Origin: Gammaproteobacteria bacterium
GTDB lineage: Bacteria > Pseudomonadota > Gammaproteobacteria > GCA-001735895
Assembly: GCA_050298595.1 (NCBI GenBank)
Contig: JBNKUM010000110.1
Span: 1-55,807 of the forward strand
Reading direction: 5' to 3'
DNA length: 55,807 nt
Shown here: positions 48,325-55,807 of the stretch, one piece after another
Position numbering within the stretch: the stretch's first letter is position 1
Layout of the letters: every line of letters begins with the position of its first letter
The notes under the pieces: generated by a model
The model's input: only the letters and a program-made list of their open reading frames with translations
What the model was told of the DNA's origin: nothing
The model's database searches: none
Translations under genes and position numbers: made by a program

Positions 48325-49038
48325 TCAAGCCGCAGCTCGGCGTTCTGAAATCAGCTGTTTGGCGATATCCGTAGTCACCGCAGCATCACGGCAATAGGCA
48401 TCAGCCCCTACCGCATCACCAAACTCCTGATTCAAGGGCGCGCCACCGACCAGTACGATGTAGTCATCGCGTATGCCTTTTTCTTTCATGGTATCTATGA
48501 CGACTTTCATATACGGCATGGTAGTGGTTAACAATGCAGACATACCCAGGATGTCGGGCTTATGTTCTTCCAGTGCGGCCAGGTAGGTTTCTACTGGAAT
48601 ATTTATCCCCAGATCGACCACTTCAAAACCGGCACCTTCCATCATCATGCACACCAGATTCTTACCGATGTCATGGATGTCGCCCTTGACGGTACCTATG
48701 ACCATTTTGCCCGCTCTTGGCTCTTCCGATTCAGATAGCAATGGCTTTAAAATTTCCATGCCTGCTTTCATGGAGTTGGCTGACATCAGTACCTCAGGTA
48801 CGAATAAAATGCCATCACGAAAATCTATACCGACGATGGTCATGCCCGCCACCAGCGCTTCATTCAGAACCTTATTGGCATCCCAACCACGTTCGAGCAG
48901 GATTTCAGTACCTTCGGCAACCTCTTCCTTTAATCCGTTATAAAGGTCATCGTGCATCTGTTCTACAAGCTCTTCATCAGATAACGAAGAAAGATCCAGC
49001 TCTTCTTCATTATCGTAGTCATCATCGAAATCAGTCAT
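48325..49038 (-). CDS. Corrinoid (B12-binding) methyltransferase protein
   Basis: GTVKGDIHDIGKN, MSALLTTT, VGGAP motifs. Confidence 0.95.
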   Translation of the reverse strand: MTDFDDDYDNEEELDLSSLSDEELVEQMHDDLYNGLKEEVAEGTEILLERGWDANKVLNEALVAGMTIVGIDFRDGILFVPEVLMSANSMKAGMEILKPLLSESEEPRAGKMVIGTVKGDIHDIGKNLVCMMMEGAGFEVVDLGINIPVETYLAALEEHKPDILGMSALLTTTMPYMKVVIDTMKEKGIRDDYIVLVGGAPLNQEFGDAVGADAYCRDAAVTTDIAKQLISERRAAA

Positions 49039-49125
49039 AGGTATATCCGCGTAAAATGGGTATAAAAATAAAGTACAACAGTAGCTGCAAGAATAGATTC
49101 AGCTTGAATACTGATCTGACATACC

Positions 49126-49153
49126 AGCGACAAAATATGATTGAAACGCGACA
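49126..49153. promoter_or_regulatory. Tandem GCGACA site, period 21
   Basis: AGCGACA at 49126 and CGCGACA at 49147, upstream of the corrinoid operon. Confidence 0.55.
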
Positions 49154-49233
49154 CAAGGGCTTTTTTTGAATGCCAAATTGAATCAACGGACGATGCTGAG
49201 TCAGGCCGAGTCTCTACCTAAATGGATAGCGCG

Positions 49234-49662
49234 CTAACCCTCACCAATAAGGTCCTGCTTATACTGAGGAGCACTACTACTAATTTCATGATAATCACAT
49301 TTATCATCAACAAAAATATGGGCTTTCACCTGAAGTCCTGTATCCCTGGAAAGACAGCCCGCCATCACACTTACACTCCCATTTTCCGGTTGTTTTTTCC
49401 ATAGCAGACTGGATCCACATATCTGGCAAAACCCTCTGCTTGCCTTCTCTGTGCTAAACCAGGCCAGACCACACTGCTCAATGAAGTGAATCCGGCCCTC
49501 AGGAACGGCCGTGGCAGAGACAAAATTACCACTAGACTTACGGCACTCAGAACAATAACAACTGATAATCTCTCTGAACGGAGCAGTCAGCTCAAATTTT
49601 ACGCTGCCGCAAAGGCATTCACCGATCAATTTCTGCTGACCTTTATCTCTGTTTGTCATCAT
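49234..49662 (-). CDS. GFA (glutathione-dependent formaldehyde-activating) family protein
   Basis: GECLCGSV, CYCSECRK, RGFCQICGSSL motifs. Confidence 0.9.
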   Translation of the reverse strand: MMTNRDKGQQKLIGECLCGSVKFELTAPFREIISCYCSECRKSSGNFVSATAVPEGRIHFIEQCGLAWFSTEKASRGFCQICGSSLLWKKQPENGSVSVMAGCLSRDTGLQVKAHIFVDDKCDYHEISSSAPQYKQDLIGEG

Positions 49663-49692
49663 GTGCGCTCCTTCACATTGCTCTCCATCGCT

Positions 49693-51387
49693 CTAGAAAA
49701 GGCCCTCGATTTGCCCATCTTTATTTACATGTATCTTTTCAGCAGCGGGTACTCTGGGCAAACCCGGCATAGTCATCACATCACCGCAAATTACCACCAG
49801 AAATCCTGCGCCATTAGAAAGGCGTATTTCACGAATAGGCACCACGTGGTTGCTCGGCGCATTCTTTAAAGCCGCATCGGTAGAAAACGACAACGGAGTC
49901 TTGGCAATACAGACAGGTAAATGCCCATATCCTTCCTCCTGCAAAGCATGAAATTCATCTCTGACTTTCTGGTCAGCTATGATACCTTGAGCGCCATACA
50001 GCTCCTGAGCAATGGTACGCACCTTATCCATCAGAGGCATATCGTCCTCATATAAATAATGAAAATTAGCAGGTTCGTTTTCTATCATTTCGACAACATT
50101 TTTTGCCAGCTCTACCGCCCCTTTACCACCTAAAGCCCAGTGGTCACACATAAACGCCTTAACCCCAATTTCTGCACATAATTGACGTAATAGACTAACT
50201 TCAGCCGGAGTATCTGCACTGAACTTGTTGATCGCAACCACAACAGGAACGCCAAACTTTCGTGTGTTTTCAACATGTCTGGCCAGGTTATCAAAACCTT
50301 TAACCATGGCACCAATATTCTCGCTTTTCACCTGTTCTTCATCGCATCCACCATGCATTTTAAGCGCTCTGATGGTGCCAACAATGACGGCGGCATCCGG
50401 TTTTAAACCAGACTTTCGCATTTTGATATCAAAGAATTTTTCGCCACCCAGATCAGCGCCAAAGCCTGCCTCAGTGACCACATAATCAGCCAGTTTCAAT
50501 GCGGTAGAAGTCGCCAGTACCGAGTTACACCCATGCGCAATATTTGCAAATGGGCCACCATGAATAAACGCAGGAGTCCCTTCCATGGTTTGCACAAGAT
50601 TAGGTTGTAAGGCATCCTTCAGCAATGCCGTCATTGCGCCCTGAGCGTTAATATCTCGTGCATAAACCGGCGATTTATCGCGCCGGTGGCCGATAATGAT
50701 ATTCGCCAGCTTTTCCTGTAAATCGTCCACATCTTTGGCCAGACAAAAGATAGCCATCACTTCAGAAGCCACGGTAATGTCATAACCATCGGTACGCGGA
50801 AAGCCATTAGTCACAGCACCCAGACCATTGGTGATTTCACGCAACGCGCGATCATTCATATCCACCACTCGACGCCAGGTAACACGGCGAAAATCCAGCT
50901 TTTGCTCATTGCCCCAATAGATATGATTATCGATCATGGCTGCCAGTAAATTGTTAGCCGCACCTATAGCATGAAAGTCACCGGTAAAGTGCAGGTTGAT
51001 ATCCTCCATCGGAACCACCTGCGCAAAACCACCACCAGCAGCACCGCCCTTCATTCCAAAGCAGGGGCCTAAAGAGGGTTCTCGTAAACAGACAGCCGTT
51101 TTTTTACCTATCCTGCTCAACGCATCGCTAAGACCAACAGAAGTCGTAGTTTTACCTTCACCGGCTTTGGTTGGCGTCATACCCACCACTAAAATCAGCT
51201 TTCCATCCTTCTCTTTCTGTAACGAACGAATGAAAGGCAAAGATACTTTTGCTTTATCCTGGCCATATAACTGAAGGTGTTCCGCAGGAATGCCAAGCTT
51301 TGCAGCAATCTTAGCTATCGGCTTTACTTTCGCCTTACGCGCAATATCAATATCTTGTTCAGGGTTCGTATGTTGGGTTGCAGCCAT
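49693..51387 (-). CDS. fhs: Formate--tetrahydrofolate ligase
   Basis: [32 protein letters not shown] motifs. Confidence 0.97.
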   Translation of the reverse strand: MAATQHTNPEQDIDIARKAKVKPIAKIAAKLGIPAEHLQLYGQDKAKVSLPFIRSLQKEKDGKLILVVGMTPTKAGEGKTTTSVGLSDALSRIGKKTAVCLREPSLGPCFGMKGGAAGGGFAQVVPMEDINLHFTGDFHAIGAANNLLAAMIDNHIYWGNEQKLDFRRVTWRRVVDMNDRALREITNGLGAVTNGFPRTDGYDITVASEVMAIFCLAKDVDDLQEKLANIIIGHRRDKSPVYARDINAQGAMTALLKDALQPNLVQTMEGTPAFIHGGPFANIAHGCNSVLATSTALKLADYVVTEAGFGADLGGEKFFDIKMRKSGLKPDAAVIVGTIRALKMHGGCDEEQVKSENIGAMVKGFDNLARHVENTRKFGVPVVVAINKFSADTPAEVSLLRQLCAEIGVKAFMCDHWALGGKGAVELAKNVVEMIENEPANFHYLYEDDMPLMDKVRTIAQELYGAQGIIADQKVRDEFHALQEEGYGHLPVCIAKTPLSFSTDAALKNAPSNHVVPIREIRLSNGAGFLVVICGDVMTMPGLPRVPAAEKIHVNKDGQIEGLF

Positions 51388-51492
51388 GTTTAGTTAATCC
51401 TCAATAGGTTGTAGCGATTAGCGTTAAGAAATCAATTCCACTATTTACTGCGTTTAATATTGAAACAATCTTAAAAATGAAAATAACAGGCG

Positions 51493-51521
51493 AGCGACAC
51501 ATCACTGCCTGTTAACGACAC
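51493..51521. promoter_or_regulatory. Tandem CGACAC site, period 21
   Basis: AGCGACAC at 51493 and AACGACAC at 51514, upstream of fhs. Confidence 0.55.
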
Positions 51522-51654
51522 GCCCTGTCTACAGGATGATAGAACTCAGGAACAGGCTTAGGGACAACCGTTTGCGGTCAACAGCAGAATTCAGGGTGAT
51601 TAGCTTTGTATAGAGCCTGGTAGTCCCTGAAAAACAAAGAGTAAATCGTCCGAA

Positions 51655-52941
51655 TTACCATAGCAATTTATTGAACTCCAGGAGGATTAACCAAATGGCA
51701 AGCGCTATAGGAACTAATATTTTCAACACAAGCGCCCAATATGAAATATCGTACAAACTCTTAGAGGCTTCAGGATTATATCTCGCCAGATAAAACCTTT
51801 TAATTGCCAGATATACAAAAAATACAGCTAGAAACACCCCAAAAATTATGCACATAAACTGGAAAACCGTGATCTCTATTTTTAGGGAGTTATCGGTTTT
51901 CAGGTTAAAATTAATAGCTCCCCAGATTGATAACAATAAAAAACCCAACCAGACTTTAGACTTAGATTTAACCAGCTCTATATTATTTTTTTCGTTGCTC
52001 ATCTTTGAATTTTGTGCGGAAAATGAATCTCTAAGATGATCAAACCGCCCCTGTTCTCGTACAGCCACTTTCTGCTCAATCATGCCCACATCTTCAAGAG
52101 AGGTAATAAATGACTTTGTATAGGCAATAATTCCAAGCGCATTATTAGTGGGATGCTCTCTACTATCCAAATTTTGAATGCGTTTTATTGAAGTCAATTC
52201 TCTTTTGAGCTGACAAATCAATCTAACAGCAGCATCCGTTTCAGGCTTACTGCTGTCTTCATAAACTGGCGTGATAGAGGTTAATGAGTCCTGCTCGTCA
52301 ATGTGGTGCTTATGCACATGCAGTGAATACTTCAAATAATAGAAAGCCTGTCGAGCAATGACAAATAACGAATCATTATCCAGATTAGAGCTCTTTTCAT
52401 TATATTGAAGTCGTATAATCCCATTTGGGTGGATATTAAAGCTGAGGGAACTAAAAAAATAGGTGAGGAAATCAACCCTGCTCCTGCCAGAGGTTATTTC
52501 CACCAACTGAGCAAACACCTTCTGAAACTCGCATTCACTAGTTTCCAATTTTATACACTCACGCAATGAGTGGCATAGCCTGTGCACATTCATCTGATGT
52601 CTTTGCTTTTTATCTTCAGGCTCTCCCTCAACTGGATAGATTAGAATATTGCCAGTGAGGCAGCGATCATCCATTGAGTATGACTCATTAACTTCTGCCG
52701 TAACCACAACACGAAATTTTCCAGCATCAGGGGGGAATTTTTCTGAGTCTCTCCAGTCGACTTTTGACTGTAATATGATGTGACGATGATGGGAGTCGGA
52801 GTTTTTGCAGAGGGAAGTATTTATTTCTATTGCATGCTCATCTTTTGAGCTTTTATTGGTGAAACCTCCCTGTATTCCAGGCTTCATTAAGCCGAAATCC
52901 AGATGTCCATTGATACATGGAATCCATCCAATATATTCCAT
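51655..52941 (-). CDS. Hypothetical protein with three C-terminal TM helices
   Basis: 428-aa ORF, soluble N-terminus, HVHKHH motif, hydrophobic C-terminus. Confidence 0.75.
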   Translation of the reverse strand: MEYIGWIPCINGHLDFGLMKPGIQGGFTNKSSKDEHAIEINTSLCKNSDSHHRHIILQSKVDWRDSEKFPPDAGKFRVVVTAEVNESYSMDDRCLTGNILIYPVEGEPEDKKQRHQMNVHRLCHSLRECIKLETSECEFQKVFAQLVEITSGRSRVDFLTYFFSSLSFNIHPNGIIRLQYNEKSSNLDNDSLFVIARQAFYYLKYSLHVHKHHIDEQDSLTSITPVYEDSSKPETDAAVRLICQLKRELTSIKRIQNLDSREHPTNNALGIIAYTKSFITSLEDVGMIEQKVAVREQGRFDHLRDSFSAQNSKMSNEKNNIELVKSKSKVWLGFLLLSIWGAINFNLKTDNSLKIEITVFQFMCIIFGVFLAVFFVYLAIKRFYLARYNPEASKSLYDISYWALVLKILVPIALAIWLILLEFNKLLW

Positions 52942-52976
52942 AACTTCCCTGAATAATAATCCTTATAATTATTGAG

Positions 52977-53216
52977 TTAAATTAAACGGCTATACCAGGA
53001 TGGCGATTTTTTCCAGTCGCGTAGCACACCATTTTTATCATTATTTAATACCATGCCATGAGATACGCCTGAGCCAGCAGGATAACTACCTGCTTTATGA
53101 AGACGAGCCTCTTTCTTATGCATTTTAATTTTTCTAATTAAGTACATTATTTGGAGCCCTGCAAAGACCAACAGTGCAGAAGCCACAACAAAGGTAACAA
53201 ATAAAGATGTAGTCAT
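52977..53216 (-). CDS. Small single-TM hypothetical protein
   Basis: 79 aa, N-terminal TM, co-oriented 35 bp upstream of the 428-aa gene. Confidence 0.6.
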   Translation of the reverse strand: MTTSLFVTFVVASALLVFAGLQIMYLIRKIKMHKKEARLHKAGSYPAGSGVSHGMVLNNDKNGVLRDWKKSPSWYSRLI

Positions 53217-53471
53217 AATCGTGTTCCCATCATTTTTACTCTTGCTTCGGCTTAGTTGTATATTTCATTAGCCAACAAATAAACAATTTCAATCACAAAC
53301 ATCCTTTAAAAAAGCCAGTATACGCCTGAAAGATACTAGTCTATACAGCAACTCATTACAAGATTTAACCAGATTTAAACACGTTTAAGAGGAGCCTTAA
53401 GCAGCTTTAACCCCAAAACCGATACAGCTTCAATCGCCTTAAATTCAACACCTTAGGACACTGCACTAGCA

Positions 53472-54437
53472 TCAATACCCTTGCAACAGATCAACACATG
53501 GCGGCAACCCCTTCCCTGCCCGGTAATCAGAGATATGTTGCGCAACTATACGGCTAGCGGTCAACGGATGGGTAGGTGCAGAGATATGCGGTAGTACGGT
53601 CACTGAAGGGTGCACCCAGAAAGCATGATTAGGGGGCAAAGGTTCGATATTGAACACATCCAGCACTGCATGCCCCAGAGCCCCACTGTTGAGCGCGTCC
53701 AGCAACGCTGTCTCATCAATAACAGGACCACGCGCAAAATTGATTATCGATGCACCTGCTGGCAGCAGCCCAAGCGTTTCAGCATTCAGTAAACCTCTGG
53801 TGTCTTCAGTCAATGGCAGCAGGCACAGCAGAATATCGCTACTGCTCAACAATTTATGCAAACCCTCTGCACCACTAAGGCAGGCTATGCCGCTGAATTC
53901 ATGAGGGCGTCGACTCCAGCCAGACACGGCAAATCCATTGTCACGCAATCGAAATGCAGCGGCACGCCCGAGTTCACCCAGTCCCAGAACACCAACCCGG
54001 CGCTCTCTGGATTGGATAAAAGGTAGCGGTTGCCATAACCGCTGTGCCTGCTGTTGGGCATAACGTGGCATATCCCGATGCAGATAAAAGGTCCAGGCCA
54101 AAGCCGCCTCGGCCATGGTTTCGGCAAGTTGCGGATCAACCAGACGAACGATTTTAAATGGCGGATCTCCTAGTTCCTGCAGCATACGCTCAACACCGGC
54201 CCAGGTGCTATGCACCCACTCCAATGCCGGTAACTGTTTCAGCTCAGCCGGATCAGGATTAGCTACAATGGCAATTTCACACTGCGAGCGCTGCGTTGGA
54301 TTGAGATCCGAAAAATCGACAATTAACTCTTCGGGCATAGCCTCAGCCAGAATTTGTATCCATGATTCTCTTTCTTTTTTATCAGCCCGGCTGACATAGG
54401 CAATAGCAGGTTTATTCAAGGGTATAATTCCAGTCAA
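53472..54437 (-). CDS. ghrA: Glyoxylate/hydroxypyruvate reductase A (2-hydroxyacid dehydrogenase)
   Basis: WAGVE, GVLGLGELG, LLPLT, NFARG, LDVF..EPLP, PHISA motifs. Confidence 0.88.
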   Translation of the reverse strand: MTGIIPLNKPAIAYVSRADKKERESWIQILAEAMPEELIVDFSDLNPTQRSQCEIAIVANPDPAELKQLPALEWVHSTWAGVERMLQELGDPPFKIVRLVDPQLAETMAEAALAWTFYLHRDMPRYAQQQAQRLWQPLPFIQSRERRVGVLGLGELGRAAAFRLRDNGFAVSGWSRRPHEFSGIACLSGAEGLHKLLSSSDILLCLLPLTEDTRGLLNAETLGLLPAGASIINFARGPVIDETALLDALNSGALGHAVLDVFNIEPLPPNHAFWVHPSVTVLPHISAPTHPLTASRIVAQHISDYRAGKGLPPCVDLLQGY

Positions 54438-54638
54438 GGTTCTAAAATAACCATATCATCAGTGACTATTGAGCGCAAAAGAAGCTGCTTCATGCAATGT
54501 TAACTTATGATTCTTAAGCACCAAGGAACCTAAAACACATGATCTATTTATGTTAAATATTTATTGTGCCTACATAAATAAAACCAGACATTAAGATCAG
54601 CAACCTTTGAATTAGATTGTTATGAAAAAAGAAAATCA

Positions 54639-55209
54639 ATGAAATATAAATTACTCTGTTTACACTATTTACAACAATATCAGCTCAAATAAATGCAGAA
54701 GAATTGACATATGGTCCAGGCATTGGTTTTAACGATGGGATAAGAATATTTTTCCCTATTAATGCTGGTGATTTATTAATTGAACCAACATTTGTAATCT
54801 ATTGTAGTAATTCTCAGTCTTCAAACTCTATAAGTCATTCAAAGTATGATACAGAGGTTATGGAATTAGGGGTTGGGGTATTCAAAAAGAAGGAAATATT
54901 GGAGAGTACATATATGTACTATGGCAGCAGGCTCGGCTACATTGACAATAAAACCGACAATAGGTCGATAGATTCGTCATCCACTTACACGTATTCAACT
55001 GATTAGAATGGCTATTTATTGCACCTACTATAGGTGTTCAATACTATTGGACACCTAAATTCAGCATTGGACTTGATGCAGCCTTAATGTATTCTAAGAC
55101 AGAAGGAACAAGCATCCAGGAAAGTGGATATTCAGACAAACAAATCTTAGATACAACAAAAACTGGGCATAATTCAAGAACAGAAGTAATTCTAAGATAT
55201 CAATTTTGA
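54639..55209 (+). pseudogene. Disrupted outer-membrane beta-barrel protein gene
   Basis: Signal peptide split across frames, middle ORF 54704..55006, then after a stop and frameshift APTIGVQYYWTPKFSIGLD...VILRYQF*. Confidence 0.7.
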
Positions 55210-55235
55210 TTAACTGCAGAACAAGATTAAAAATC

Positions 55236-55736
55236 GTGGAAGTAATAATAAAGTCCGATTTAAGTGTCAATGATTCGGATCACCTGTTCAAATGGAGTGA
55301 CTGTGTTTTTCCGGCAGAAGGTCTTAGATTTGTGTGGGCCAGACCTGAGCGTCATATTGTTGCGTTTGTAAATGACAGTGCTGTCGGACACATCGGATTC
55401 GGCAGGTTTTCGGTCTATGACGGAGAAGACAGGAAGGATGTGATTGGAGTCGGAGGTGTTGTGGTTCGACCAGAGTTTCAAGGCCAGCGAATTCCCAAAA
55501 AAATGTTCAACCTGTTAAACACAACTGAAGTTTTAGATTCAGCGCATTTACCCAAAACTTTATTCTGCCCCAAAAGGCTGGTTTCATATTATGCCCGGCA
55601 CGGATATTCAGAATTCGGCTACCCACTGAAGTTCAAGCAAGACTGGGGCTTTGTAGAAAGCAGCGAGTTTTCCTTTATGGTTAAAGGTGAACTTGGTTTT
55701 TCATGTGCCGTTAGTATCCCATCCTATCCATGGTGA
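55236..55736 (+). CDS. GNAT acetyltransferase (AAC(2')/Eis-like appearance)
   Basis: VGHIG..IGVGGVVVRPEFQGQ..LVSYYARHGY; GTG at 55236 preferred over the track start 55206. Confidence 0.8.
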   Translation: MEVIIKSDLSVNDSDHLFKWSDCVFPAEGLRFVWARPERHIVAFVNDSAVGHIGFGRFSVYDGEDRKDVIGVGGVVVRPEFQGQRIPKKMFNLLNTTEVLDSAHLPKTLFCPKRLVSYYARHGYSEFGYPLKFKQDWGFVESSEFSFMVKGELGFSCAVSIPSYPW

Positions 55737-55807
55737 TTATACTAAGCAGCGCCTTCAACGAAATTCAGTACCTCTGCCCACAGAGGGAAATATTACAACT
55801 ATTATCT

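Noticed and set aside
49039-49233. Cobalamin riboswitch upstream of the corrinoid operon
   Set aside because: No recognisable B12-box or conserved GGGAA/GCCACTG elements by eye; an Rfam scan would settle it.
54610-55807. Second integron array at the right edge
   Set aside because: A GTTATGA precedes the first ORF, but no paired TAAC...GTT palindromes follow either gene within the window.

Overview
Window from what looks like a marine gammaproteobacterial chromosome (inferred from gene content; no taxonomic marker gene is present). It has four parts. (1) 1-4.9 kb: distal end of an integron cassette array with 8 cassettes and 9 attC-like sites, including two identical, unusually short ones; no integrase in the window. 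(2) 5.4-17 kb and 38.7-51.4 kb: housekeeping/catabolic genes. These include an ABC transporter, beta-alanine bauA/mmsA/LysR and etfAB. They also include a complete corrinoid-dependent methylated-amine (probably glycine betaine) demethylation/C1 set: non-pyrrolysine MttB, corrinoid protein, methyl-THF methyltransferase, RACE activator, MetF plus its small partner, DUF1638, Fhs, a dimethylglycine dehydrogenase-like enzyme and a GlxA-type regulator. Four upstream regions of this set share a tandem (G)CGAC motif. (3) 17-38.2 kb: accessory block between two IS3 remnants. It carries the most intriguing locus: a 3020-aa surface protein (DUF4347-like N-terminus, Ig-like repeats, GlyGly-CTERM-like segment, second internal signal peptide, outer-membrane barrel) with a sulfotransferase, a GNAT, two phage-tail-collar proteins and a DUF6916-like protein. 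The block also holds RAYT remnants, a secreted phosphatidylserine-decarboxylase homolog, a binding-protein/hybrid-kinase pair and an orphan attC. (4) 51.6-55.8 kb: orphan membrane proteins, ghrA, a decayed outer-membrane protein gene and a GNAT. No rRNA, tRNA or CRISPR array was seen. All family calls come from motif recognition by eye, not database searches.
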